From the NCBI GenBank assembly GCA_010093605.1, contig MU004188.1:375673-439672 (forward strand): 64,000 nt of DNA, written 5' to 3'. Below the pieces are notes generated by a model, which saw nothing but the letters and a program-made list of their open reading frames with translations, was not told the origin of the DNA and did no database searches. Origin of the DNA: Lophium mytilinum. Taxonomy: Eukaryota. How positions within the stretch are numbered: position 1 is the stretch's first letter; the number at the start of each line of letters is the position of its first letter. The translations under genes were made by a program, and so were the position numbers. This document shows, one piece after another, positions 1 through 13,100 of this stretch.

Positions 1-711
1 CGATTTAGGTATACAGTGCTCGTTGCTACGAGTCCATTGCTGTTCAACGTCCAGGGACTTCCAACACCTGAAGCCGTCTCCAAAGTATGTATTCATTCGT
101 ACGCCGCCAAAACTCCTATACAACTTCTCCGGTTGCCGGCTTAGCATCAAACTCTATTATCGACGAATATCAGGCTAACCGTACGGAAGCGAGATCTAGT
201 AGCACCCGTAGACAGCGGTATAATCGACCTCACACCACCCGACACGACTATGACCTGGGGCAAGAACAGGCGCGAAGCAGGTGCAAACCCCGACTTAGTC
301 GTTCCAGTCAACGGCGGCGTGATCGGTCTAACGCCTCCCGACACGACTATCACCTGGGGAAAGGACAAGCGGGATCCGGATTCAGTCATTCCCCTTGACG
401 GTGGCATCGTCGGCCTCACCCCGCCAGACACTACTGTCACTTGGGGAGACGACACTGTAACATCTACAACGACAATTGGAAAAGAGAAGCGTGGTCCAGA
501 TCTGGTCGTGCCGATCGACGGAGGCATTGTTGGCCTCACTCCTCCAGACACAACCGTCACCTGGGGCGACGACACCACCGGAGATGTTTCATCAACAACA
601 GTCGTCGAGAACGAGAAACGGGATCCCCAAGACCCAGCTTTGAGCACACCATCTTCGACCATCACCTGGGCAAAGGGCAAGCGAGACCTCCCAATTCTCG
701 CATTAGTCTAG
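1..711 (+). CDS. Secreted Kex2-processed repeat protein (KEP), a peptide precursor; start codon lies just upstream of the window
   Basis: Frame 1 from base 1 reads RFRYTVLVATSPLLFNVQGLPTPEAVSK (signal-peptide-like). Intron 85-189 (GTATGT...GCTAAC...AAG) joins K to R and creates a KR site. Four to five repeats of approximately D(L/S)V(V/I)PxDGG(I/V)(I/V)GLTPPDTT(I/V)TWG follow, each closed by KR or RR. Stop at 709-711. Confidence 0.85.
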
Positions 712-1565
712 AATAACGAGAAGGCGATCCTCATATCTCTCTTTAGTCCCGTCTCCCAGAGTCTCTCGTAATTTGTAGGAAGGCCCCATGGCTTCGGTGA
801 ACTTAGACTCTTGCTCCTTCATGAATGCCCCCGTTGTAGATTGTTACGGATTCTGTCATCAGATTTAGTATAGCTAGGTCATTTGGAAGGCGTGTTATTG
901 CAAATCTGGTGGATTCTGTACGAGTCTATGATCTAGTGTTGAATGTGTTTGGAGCAACTCAGAATGTCCGATTGAGTGTTGTTAACTTCATACCCAGGGA
1001 ATTATATATTCCAGTCTCTTTGCTCACAACAGTCACGTAATGAACATCCGCAAACCATCAGTGACTCCCCCTACCCCTATCTATCGCCATCTATATCCAT
1101 AATGCCTCCGAAAACTCACCATTGCCTCCATAAAAGCACCCCCCTACAACCATACGCATCAAACCCACCAGCCCATCTCCCTCACCGGTCCACGCCCCCT
1201 CTCCAAGCCCACCGACAAGGCAACCCGCACCAGCATCCACGCAATGCATGCGCCATCGCCTCATCGCCTTCTCCTCTAGACCGCTGCCTAGAACCCAGCC
1301 TCCGCGTTTAATATACCTAATCGATGCCCTCCTAATACGAAAGGCGGGGCCAGTCTTGGCCCATGCCCCTCCCTCGCCTGGCTACGTCACCGCGACGCGT
1401 GATGCGTATAAAGCGGCCACATCCAACTCCAACCACCACCATATAAGAACTCGCCAGCAAACACTTCCTAACCTCACACACCAAACCAACCATCCACCCA
1501 CCACGACGATCCGAAAACTCCATTTTCCGCCAAAGATACACTTCCACACCACCCGTCCCGCAACC

Positions 1566-1988
1566 ATGCCACTCGTAGTGCCCGGTCTGCAGTCCAAAGA
1601 CGGCGCTAGCAGCAGCGGCGACGACTGGATGAACAAGCTGATGGGGAAGAAGATTGGCGAGACGAGTGATACGACTGTGCGTGCGCCCGTTAGTTTTGTT
1701 ACATTTTCTGTTCCGCCTGCTCCGAGTTCCCCGCCCTCCTGCATACTGTTGAGATGGCGAGATAACGAGCTAACGCGTAGATGTGCAGACATTTGCTAAG
1801 CAGGAGCTGCCCAAGGAACACCGCGTGATCAAGGAGGGCGATATGGCAAGTATGGATTTCAAGCCGGACCGGTATGCCTCCTTCCCCCCACCTTATCCTG
1901 CTATGATGGGCTGCGCTAATGCGGGTGTTGTAGGCTGAACATTCATACTGCGGAGGACGGTACGGTTAAGAAGGTTCAGTTCGGTTAG
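1566..1988 (+). CDS. Small peptidase inhibitor I78-family protein (3 exons: 1566-1676, 1789-1871, 1934-1988)
   Basis: Spliced product MPLVVPGLQSKDG...WMNKLMGKKIGETSDTTTFAKQELPKEHRVIKEGDMASMDFKPDRLNIHTAEDGTVKKVQFG. The C-terminal RVI...MDFxPDRLNI motif is typical of I78. Both introns are GT-AG with GCTAAC/GCTAAT branch sites. Confidence 0.75.
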
Positions 1989-2381
1989 ATCGGCTCTGCT
2001 GGTACCCTTCGACTGCGATATTGGAGTTATGGGTATGACTGGGACAGGACGGGATAGGGAGGCGGAGGCCACTCTTATATAATACCCAGAACAATGTCAT
2101 GATAATGAAATATGGTTATGAATGGATATTCGTGAGGCTGAGAATAGCAGTAACGATGGTATATTGTAATGGTGATGTGTTGCGCACTAGCTATTCCCCT
2201 TCTTCCAGCTCCAATGACCGTAACATAAGAAGAATACATGGTTTAGAAGCGAAATAGAAAAACCCCCAAAGATCGACGGTCGCTTTATCCTTTTCCTCGC
2301 CCCAAACGCCTAACTCCCAACAAATCCTCCTCTTCCCCAAAGCTCCTAGTACCCAAACACCATGCCATCAATCCCCAATCC

Positions 2382-4676
2382 TCACCACCCCGTCGCAATC
2401 CCAGCAACCCCCTCATCAACCCTCCTCCGCTTCGCCCTCCCCTTCCCCATCTCCCTCTGCCCCTCCCTCTCCCCATCTCTATCCCCCACAACCTCCCCAA
2501 ACCCGCTCCCAACCCTCTCCGTCACCCTCAGCAACCTCCTCAACGCCCCCACAACGGCGCCCCCGTGCTCAAACGCCATCACAATCGAGCAGCGCACCGT
2601 GAGCGCCGTGAGCCATTTCCGCGTCGCTTTCTGCTCTATGCTCTCTTGCGGCGTGGTGGGTCGAGCCGCCGCGCCACCAACGAGCCCGACCCAAAACAGG
2701 ACGCCGGCGAGGTCGGACCACACGGTCTGGTGGGGTGTGCGGAGGATGGCGTGGTGGAGGGCGGTCAGGAGGGAGGCGTGGGCGGGCTGGGGTTCGCGTG
2801 GGGAATAGAGCGTTCCGAAGGGCGTCGAGGCAGTCGAGTGCACGGACGGTGTGGAGGGCGAGGGGAGCGGGAAGAAGAAGTCGTTGCCGGCGTAGGGGTA
2901 CGCGACAGCCGGGGCAGACGTGGGCGTGTAGGCCGCTGTGGCTGCTGAGATGGCGGTAGTGGTCGTGGATGCTGAGATGGTGAAGGGGGAGGTGTTGCCG
3001 CTGGCGCTGGTGCTGGCGCGCTTGCTCGCTTTGACAGCTTTGTGCCCGCGATCCTTTTTCAGGAGTTCTTCGGCGATGGTTACGGCCTCGGAGAGTTTGA
3101 CGCGCTTGACGATGGCGGTCGCTTGGATGAGGGAGGCTATGCGGATGCTTTCGTAGATCATGTCGCCGAATTCTGGGTTGTGACCGCGTAGTTCGCTGGC
3201 GCTGGGGAGTTGGATAAACTTCTTTAGATATGCTTTCAGCGTCTCTTCTTTTCTCCGGCCTTCGGTGGTGGTCAGGCTGGAGGCTGTGTCGAGGTACAGA
3301 TCCGTCATATTTCTCACGTCTTTTAAGAGTGAAAGTGTATGTGGCTTGCATAGGTCATTGACTTCCAATGTCTCAAAATCCGGCCGTGGGCAGAAAAGCG
3401 GCGACTCTGGGATCTTCCTCCCTGAGACAATGTCGGGATATGACACACGCGAGCTGTATCGGAGGTATAAAGTACTGGGCTGGGCTTCGCGGAGGATGGC
3501 GGACTGGAACGATATGCTTAATATGATGGTCGCAAGGGCGCCTTGCACACCCAAACGCTCGAGACCTCCTCGCTGCCGAACCATGGTCTCGATGCCTTTC
3601 TCGTGGAAAGCGAGCATGGCATTGTTGCCCGCGATGACCTCGCTATAGATGAGCTGGACAACAGCGATGATGGTGGAGTCGTCAATGCGGGAGTTTGGGT
3701 TGAGGAGGCTGCGGTTGATAAGGTTGATCACTTCTTGACGGAGGGCTACACTCTCAACGCTCTCAGTGAGCCGGTAACGTGAGGCGTCTAGGTGGGCGGA
3801 GGCAATACACAGTGTGCTGAGGAAGGCATCTCGTCTATACGTGATGGCTGGTATCCAAATCTGGCCCATTGCTTTGGTGCCAAATGCTCGACTGCCTGGG
3901 ATCTTGTTAGCGCGTCTATAGTACTAGAAGAAAAGAGGAAACATGCAGTGAAACTTCAGTTGTTCTACAGACACCCCGGGATGAGAACTCTGGAACATTC
4001 TCTTGAAGGGATCCACGGGTGTCCCAAGTGCCCGCTCTGGCGGCTCCAATACAAAGCTGCTCCGAGCATGATTTGAGGGCCTCTGTGACGCAAAGATGAA
4101 CGGATTGAGGTCGCTCTCAAGAAGACGGAGCTCCATGTCAAGTCCGTCATACGGGAGCCTATCATTTACTCGAGCGGGTTGAATGAGGGGTTGATATTGT
4201 TGACACGCAGCAAGAGATTCAGGGATGGACAAGAGCATTTGGTTGCCCCATTGTCCAGGAGAAGGGGTCTGGATCGCGAGAGAGTTCGTCTCTTCTTCAT
4301 GACTCGACGTGGGTCTTGTGGGCGAGTGCTCTGGTTTCGATGCTCCGTGGAAAAGCTTCAAGGCAAGCTCCGACGGCATCACATCTTCAACCTCATCGTC
4401 GCTCTCAGTCACTTGCGAGGCATTCGAGTCTTCACTGTGCAGTCTGGGCCGTCTCTGCTGCTGCTGCACACGCAGCCCGCTCGCAGCGCTCATCCGCTTC
4501 CCTTTCTTCCTCAAGTGGTCGTTCATGGCCCAGGTACGGATCTTCTTCATAGCTCTGGGCTGCTTGAAACCTATGGGATTGCTCGCAGTGATCCATAGCA
4601 GCGGCGAAGTATTCGTTGGCGATGCAGCTTTTACATTCCCGGCTCGTGGTTTCGGGCTGTCGGAGGCTGGTAGCAT
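2382..4676 (-). CDS. Fungal-specific transcription-factor-domain protein (Fungal_trans_2/DUF3468-like); 2 exons, intron about 3896-3946
   Basis: ORFs 3924-4676 and 2382-3869 join through a 51-nt intron. N-terminal 'KKIRTWAMNDHL' and central 'DSTIIAVVQL...FHEKGIETMVRQRGGLERLG' motifs resemble this family. Confidence 0.65.
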
Positions 4677-5815
4677 TCACAGTTAGAATTGTGAGAATTG
4701 TGGGCTAGAATAGCGCGAATGGCAGAGCGGAGGAAACGAGCTGGGGGCGCACCCAATGAGCTCCACGATTGCTGCGAGCCATCCGTCGAGGCGGGCGAGA
4801 CGCGCATTGCCGCGCGCGCGTCGTCGGACACGGAGTAGGGAGCAAGGCTCGCGGCGATGGTTGGGGCCATGTTTGCGGAGGTGTGGAGGGGGATGGGGAG
4901 TGGCCAGCTGAAGGGGAGGGTCATGGTCGGAAAATATAATCTGGGGCTGGCATATGCCTTATGAGTGAGACGGCAGCGGCTGGCGGCAAGGTTGGTGGGC
5001 GATGGGGCGTCTGCTGGCTCGATCTCCAGGGTGCTTCCTACATATAAAGGGCAGCGAGGCCGATTAACGACGACACGGCGTGGGAGGCCGCCGTCATGGT
5101 GCTGTACTACCGCGTCAACTCAGGGTGCAGTTGCATGAGGCGTTGAGGCGCTGAGGCATCGAGGGCGGAGCTCGACAGCTTGACGCAATGCAGCAGTGGT
5201 GGGAGCCCGTATCATTGGAACGCGCCCTGCATGCCACGGCCGATTGCACTGCACTGCCTGCGCCATCCCTGGCCCTCGAGAAAGAAAGAGAGCAGCAAAG
5301 CAGTTCGCTGCCCGCTGCACACCGGCCGAGCTGTCAGGGATGCTGCATAATTACGCGGGGACACCAGCCCGATAGAAGGGCTCGACCATCTGGGCCTTGC
5401 ACTGCGGACCATTCTCGTGAGGGCTTACCTGCAGCCACCGTCCCTACCGTCCGCTTACCGCATCTCTAGGGCCCGCACTGTGATTGCAAGTGCACCATGC
5501 GAGCTGAGGACCGTTCTGAATTGAGCCAGTTTGAAGCCGGCCGGTGACATGTGGACACGGAAAAAGTAGGACTCAGTGCTCCGCAGCCTCGGTCAGCAGT
5601 GTCTGTTATCTACACAACGAACCACTAGGTCGTAGTCATATTTTCGGAGATTATACACAGGGAGTAGACTAAGCTCAGTTTAGAAGATTGGCAGATAGCT
5701 ATATTCGAAAGCGGTGAATGCGTTGAAGTGTGACCAAGGTCCTATTTTCGAGTCGTCGCACCACTTTTTGCCTTTTTTCGTACGCCCAAGGCGATCAGCT
5801 GCCTCACAGCAGGCA

Positions 5816-8800
5816 TCAATTGTATTCACCATCGCGCGCGTGTGCGCCCGGACTGCCGTGCTCGCTACTTGGGCTGCGGCTGGTGCTGCGACTCGATCCA
5901 CGGCCCGAGAAATCAATGCCCATGCCCACTGCCGTGCCATTGCGACGCCGACTTGGCACGCTCAAACGCATCTGGTCGAACATGAAGCTATGCTCCCCAC
6001 TGCCCGGTTCCCCGTTCTCTCCTGTCGGAGACCGCAGCTCAACCAGCTCCAGTGCTTCGCGCAGGGTGCCACCAGACTCGTCGAGCGCCATCAGGAAACG
6101 TGCCAGCTCTTTGCACAAGTCCCAGTCCTGCTCCTGCTTCGCGCGTTGCAATAGACGCACTAGTTGCTGTGAGCTCGTGCTGAGCTCTTCGAACGTGTGC
6201 AAGACAAGCAAATAGCCACCCGCCGTCTTCAAAGAGTCCTTCTGAAGTGACTCTTCAAAAAGCTCCTGTGGCGGTGGCAAGTACGAAAACAGCGTCCGCC
6301 ACGAGCGCACTTCTGTCTTGCGCGTACACTGCACCACAATATCAAGATACTGCGGGAACGAAGAGAGAAAAGAGAGCACACTCGGCAGCAAGGCCTGCTC
6401 GGGAGGGGGCGACGTGTCCACCTCTTCATCCAGAACATCATGCAGTAAGATCTCCAGGGCATGGGCAAAGTATTGCAGGTGCTGGTAGTGCTGCGATAAG
6501 TGTAGGGCTGCTGGTGAGTTGTATTGCCCGAGGTGGTGCCGAAGGAGGGCGGGCAGAAAGAGGTGCGTCTGCGATCAGGTCAGCAATGCCTCTACACAAC
6601 ATGATTGGTCGGTACCCACCCGAGCTACAAAGCGCATATACCCAAAGCTGACGTCCCTCCGCTGGACCAGCTCCGATTCGACTCCAAACAAGATGCCCTT
6701 GTTTATTAATGCCGACAGGGGGTAGAAGTCCACCGGGATCTTGACCGTTGACGGCAGATCTCGGCCCAGCTCAACTGACGCAGACGACAGCACGTCTAGC
6801 ATATCGATCCACACGCGAACATCGCTCCCGTCGAACAGCCACAACGAATCTCGCAGATCGTGGCCGTGCACCCCGTTCATGACCAGCCCTGCAGACGGGC
6901 TTGGCGGCAGCGAGTCGTCCTGCGCCTCGAGGTTGAACGAGGGGTTGTCGCGCATGAGGACGTAGTACTCGACGTTGTGCGCGATGATCCGCATCTCGTA
7001 CTTCAGCTCCCCCGCTTCTGACGTTGCGGGCTGCAGTAGCACTAGCTTACCATCGAGCAGAAACAGAATTGAAGCAACAGCCACATCTTGCGAAGGGTCA
7101 CCGTTGTCTGCAAACGTCAGCATGTCATTGTGTGTGGCGAAGTGTGTGATCGTACGTAGCTGCTCCTCAGGTAGTATCCAGCTCAAGGCGCGCACTCGTG
7201 CCGGCGACCGGATAACGCCATTCAACGTGATTTGCCCGACCTGCACCAGCTTGACCGCTGCATTTGCAACGCTTATAATGTAGTGATAGAGCACGTTGTC
7301 GTGTGTATAGACGAGAAGGGAATCTTCTCCCGAGGGCACCATGAGAACAATTGGGTCTGGGAGATGTTCTACATGCATTACATGATTAGTGTCTAGTGAT
7401 AGCTCGCGGGAATAAATCCGAATCTGTTCTCGAGCATTAGCTTTGGTGAGACGGAGGAATGGAATCGATGCTTACTTCATGGGAATCGCTGGACTCGATG
7501 GCGGCGATGAGCACGTGCTGGTACCAGCACATGCCCCCGCGCACCGTAAACTCATTCTCCATCAAGGGGTCCTCAAATGTTTTCCAGCGCCCGCTGTTGA
7601 CGCTGTAGTGCGCCAGGCCCCGCCTGCCTGCAACTGCCACATATCTGCCGTCAGATGAGATGACAGCGCTTCTGATTGGCCATTGGTCAATCAGGTAGTG
7701 TGCTGGAATCTGGACATGATGCCAGAGTGAGACCTCTGCAGAGATTGTCGTCAGGTCGGGTAAGTCATATCCCCGGTAGATCATGAAGCCAGCGTTGGTC
7801 TGCATGAGCGATCGAGAGACATTGGCGGACGAGAAGCAGCCAGTGATTGCATTGCGAGCCATTTCGAGCAACCAAATTCGATTGTCCCCTTTCCCGAGGA
7901 GGACAATTTCTGACCCGCCGCCAATCCAGAACCCATCTTGAACTCCAAGCAACCAACCCTCCTCGTTGGCTTCGGAAAGAGAGCGGTCTGCGGCAAAGCT
8001 GCTAGCCCCTGGCTTGCCATATACACTCCACATCATCCAGCCGTTCTCATATCCGGCAAAGAGACAGTATCCGTCAGGAGAGTAGCAGAGGATATTGAGC
8101 GTTCCGTGTGAACTTGAACTAGGTCGAAGCTTGTGGGACAAAGGAATATTTCCCGTGTAGTCCCGAGCCGTGTACACGTATATATCACCATTTGCACACC
8201 CGACTGCGAGAAGGGAGAACCGCGCGTTAATGGCAGCCTTGGTACCATGATCATCTTCGCCTATCGGAGAGTGGAATGCGTAACCGCGGAATAGGTTTTG
8301 TGCCTTGGGATCCTGCGATCGATCCCTTGCAAGTCTTTGCACCGCAAACCCCTTCCCATCCCCAGTTATCCAGGCGGACAGATTCATTGGCCGGTCATAC
8401 ACCATCTCAGCAATCGTGGCCTTCTTGCCCAACCATGACATCCGGCTCAAGAGTTCAGTGCTGGTCTGGCTCCCCGTGTTGTCCGGGGCCCATCGTATGC
8501 ACTGTATAGCTGCGGGCTTCTCCGTTGCCACTATCAGCTCATCGTCCAGAGCAAGGGCTCTGGCTATCCCGGCATCAACTCTTATGACCATGCGGAACCG
8601 CAGGCTAATTTCTCTGACGCCGCTGCCCTCGCCCGGGCCCGCATTTGCATCGTTAGCGCGGTGTGTCCTGAGACCCCCAACGCTATGTCTCCTCGAATGC
8701 CCTTGGGTGGTGCTTGCGAATTGTGTCCTGTATACGCGTGATGTTGGATCCGTGGCCAATGAGTAGGTAATGAGATATCCAAGAGTGGTCTGGACAACGA

Positions 8801-9331
8801 AGATAGCGGAATCAGGGCGAAGTAGGAGGGTGACATTGGGCCCATAGGTTTTAAGGGAGTGCTCAGAGCGCAGGACGGATGCTAGAATGGCAGTAGGCTA
8901 TAGCTTTGTCAGTTCTGGATGAGCTTCAGAGCGCAATAACTTACCTTGGTCTGCCATATTGTGAGGGTTGAGCGTGTGATAGTTGCAAACATATGCCCAC
9001 TACGGGTCACTCGTATCCCAATGATCTCTCCTGATAAATCCTCCTCTGGAACCCATTCTTTTGGCGGCCTCCTCAATTCCGCTTGTGGTGCTCTCTGTTC
9101 AGCTCCTATCCGCGTGTCCCTCTGCTTCCCCAAATTGAAGTAGTCAGTCGAGTCCTCGGTTTTCCCTGATTGCGCGTCCTCGTCTTCTGCTGGTCCATGT
9201 CCAGGTGTTCGCGGGGAGGCATGTCCAACGCGGTCTGTGGCACCGTCGTCGCTGGTGGTGATGGATTCCTCTGGGACCTGGCGCTTGCTGGCTGCAAAAA
9301 CGGAGGGGGCAGAGATGGGCCAGTACGTCAT
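5816..9331 (-). CDS. RIC1: RIC1-domain protein, subunit of the Ric1-Rgp1 GEF for Ypt6/Rab6; multi-exon
   Basis: N-terminus MTYWPISAP, a beta-propeller region (GRYVAVAGRRGLAHYS), VDFYPLS and C-terminal 'VVQCTRKTEVRSWRTLF...WDLCKELARFL' motifs. ORF segments are joined by canonical introns. Confidence 0.9.
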
Positions 9332-10102
9332 GGCTCTCGATCACGGTCGATGGCTGCATTGGCGCGACTCCATCCCACTGCAGTGCTAAGAGGAACTTCG
9401 GAGCTGAGCTGATGCAGAGGAGTGTGGCTCGGTTTCGTGATGGAAAAGCGTGGCTTGCATGTGGAGTTGAGCGGGTGGCTGTGTAGTTCTCCGCTTGGAG
9501 ATGAACGATAGCAATTCACGTGACAGAAATAACTGCCCCTAGATTTCAAGGAAGGCACTGCTCGGGAAAAAAAGGGAAAGGTAGCAACGATTTGTACAAA
9601 AGATACTACACTCAATACAAAACGTCTAAAAACTGTGTTCTACACGGTCAGATTGGTAGGTATCTGCAACTAAGAGGACAAAGGGGTACCTATATTCACG
9701 TAGCACGCACTACACTCACGCCGTGGTTCATAAAATGAGATTCGCGCGGTCAGATTAGGCAGTTTTGTTAACATAATTGGCCGAAGCGGTGTCTCAATTA
9801 AAACCCGACGTAGGCCGCCCTATATCTACGCCGTCTCTGATCAACAATTTCCACGCGGTCAAGTCGGTGAGTATTTACACTACACCGTTTTGAAGAGGTA
9901 CCTCAAGAGCCGGCTCGCTCTCAATCGTCCATACTGGTATTAAGATACTATGACTACCGGCCTAGTCAAGGTGCTAACCCAATCTCAAAGAACCTGCCCA
10001 CCATCCGTAGCGGTCGGCCCCAAAAACGCCGCTACCCTAAACACCTTCCCCTATATCTATACAATCGAAGATCACCTACGAACTGGATGTCCCCTCATTA
10101 AC

Positions 10103-13100
10103 TCAGGTACTACTCCCATTAGCCTGCGCCACCACCAGACTACCCTGCTTCACCGGGCCGCCCCTCTCGCCCCTCTCCCTCCTCCTTCCCCTCTCTGGCC
10201 TCCCCTCCCCAAGACCCAAGCCCCTCAGCGCCCTCTTCATACTCTCCAACCTCGCCCGCTCCGTGACCACCATCTTGAGCGCTAACTCCCGACATGCCTT
10301 CCTCCCCATCGCAACTCGCTGCTCCTGCCACGCCGCCAGCTCCCCCGCAACAACCTGCTGCGTGTACCGCAACTCCCGCCCTAGCCCATCCAGCTCATTG
10401 AGGCTCTTATCCATCCTCTCCGCCGCATCGCGCTGAATACGGTGGCGAGCGTCGTCGAGCAGACCCAAGGGCCAGCGATCTGAGCGCCGAAAGGAGAGGC
10501 TGTGGCGATCGATCGCCTTCTGCGTCGTTGACATCTGAGAAATCAGGGTGGATGGACGATTCAGCGCAGTAAGTACTGCAGTCGTGGTCGACGAGATCGC
10601 GAGCATATTGTAGTAGAAACTCGTCATCGGGCTCGCGTCGCTCTGCAGAAGTGTCTTGGTGTACTTTTCGAACGCTTTGAGATGTTCCTGGGGTAGGAAA
10701 ATGAGGGACTGAACAGCTTGGCTCGAGATACTGGCAGAATCTGTGAGATCCGTAGACGCGGTGCGCAGTTTAGTTGTGCGACGAAGGATCGATTTCGTGG
10801 AGTGGTGGACCGAGCGGACGGATTCGCGGGCATATTGCACAAAGAGTTCTACCTCGCGAACATCGCGGACGGGGCTGTATTCGTCACGCACGTGTTCGGC
10901 GCGAATTTCGGATTTGCGGGAGGAGCGCTCTTGGAGCAGAGAGGGTTCCATGTCCGGGACGAGGAAGAATTCCCACACCATCTCGTGGGTGGAGAAGGTG
11001 GAGTGGGTGAGTAGTAGCTTGAGGAATGAGTCGAGGCGGATTTGAATGTCTCGAAGGATGGCGCGGGACGGTCTTGAGGGTATGAGGAACGGTGATGGTA
11101 AGTTTGCTATGGAGGGAAGCCAAGACGCCGGATGTTCTTGAGCTAACCATTTTGCGAGATTCTCGAAATCGACCAATGATCTCCGGCATGTGGTAACCGT
11201 AATGGTGGAATTGTCGTTTGGTGCACCGGACTTGAGGACCAGTCGCACGGTTCCATCCTCGACAAAGAATGAACGAACAACTGTAGTAATCCGTCCATCC
11301 GAAGTTGGTTCGCTTTGAAGCAGAACGAGATCGTCAATGCGATTGCGAACATCGTCATCTTTAGCAAGCTCTACAGCTGTCAGGCCCCGTACATCTTTGA
11401 CAGAGGGGTCGACTCGGGCATCTTGGAACAATTGCCGCACGAGCTCCGTCCGCCCATACTTGCTCGCAACCATCAACGGCGTAAAATGCTTATCATTAGG
11501 GGCGTTAACATCCGTGTCTTGATATAGCAGCCTTATAGCAATAGCCGGATCATTGATGATGTGGAGGAGTGTGTTGCCCTTAGCATCGATATGTTCGTCG
11601 AGGTGGAGCTTCTGACCGTCGCCTTGGGCTTCCGTTGCCGCGTTAATAGCGGCGTTGATCATCCAGCGGTACTCGTCATGGTCGTACGATCTACACAAGG
11701 CGAAAAGTGGTGTTTGACCGTTCTTGTCCTTTAGCCTCCATGGCACTAGATGCCCAATTCGTGATATTAGTCGCGGTTGGTTGAAGAGGTAATGTGCGGC
11801 GCATCTGCCCGAGGAGTCTTGAATAGCTATATATTCGTTGACAATTTTCTCACTGGGAGAATTATCGAGAACGAAGTCCAGAATCAGATCCGTCGTCTTA
11901 GCGTGTGACAACTGAATCGCGGCACTGAGCAGAGTAGTGCCGTTGTTGCTACAATCTTCTAGAACCGCGTCTGGCGAATAGTATTGAGATAGGCTTAGTA
12001 GATAGTTCAAGGCCTTGTCCTGGCTTTTCTCGACAGCCATCATCAGGACCGACTCTCCTTCTGGGCTTTGGGTCTGAGTAAGCCTTTCAATAGAGGTATC
12101 TCCCTCGATACCACTGCTGTGCGAGTCGATTGTGTTCGTACGAGATCGGAAGGAAAACATGGAGGAGCTCGATGTACTTCGAGTGTCCATCGATACCCTC
12201 TTCTTCGCTTTTGGACGTTCTGCTGGCGGGGGGGACGGAGCTCTCTGGAAAGGAAAAATATGAGCCAAAGGGCCGGCTTGAAGTCTCCGCTCACTATGAG
12301 ATGAGCTATGGCGTCTTTCGTGCCGATGGTAATCGCCGTTCAAGGTAGTGCCTCCGATGGATGACAAGTCGGTGTCGCTATTGTTGTACCGAACATGTCT
12401 AGCTATGACAGACTCGTCTTCCTCGGGCTGGTGCTCTTCGTTCCCATTGAACTCTAATGACCTATCTGGCTCTAAGACATTTTGCATTTCCGAAATGTCT
12501 CCATTGATGGTCGCCTCCCATAGTTTCCTATTTCTGCGACTTGATTTCCTTAGACCACCAGCATCTTTCGCCAGATATGAGATGACAGCTTCGAATGTGC
12601 TTAATGCATAGCCCATCTCTCCGCTTTCTACATCATCGATAAAGATGAAATGGCGCATGTAAGACAAGCGTGCCTGGAGGTGCCGTACAGGTGATCGAAT
12701 CACAACTATCAGAAGGAGTGAGACAAGTGTGTCGGCGTTGATCATGAGCATGGGATCTTCTTTCTCGGAGTCTGACTTCCCGTTGGCGTCAAGTTTTAAA
12801 CTTGATGTGTCGGCAGGCTTGTCTGGCATCGTGATGTGCTTCTGGGTTGACAGTAGGATTTCGACCATCTCTTGAGGGCCTCCAGCGACGCCCATCTTCT
12901 TGAAAATCTCTGCGCCTTTTGACAGTCGAATTGCCAGCTCACGCTTGCCCTTTTGTCCGTTTCCAATTGTGATGCCCACCTGCGAGATATCAACGTCCAC
13001 CATCTGACGGATCCTGGCTTCCAATTCCAAATCATCAAATCTTCTAATAGAGCAAAGCCTCGGAAAAAGGATTGTATGATGAACCTGTTCTGTGATGTAG

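Noticed and set aside
87..716. Overlapping ORFs 87-398, 147-680 (minus) and 441-716 with repeated motifs
   Set aside because: They are shadow frames of the KEP repeats. The ATG at 87 lies within the GTATGT intron donor.
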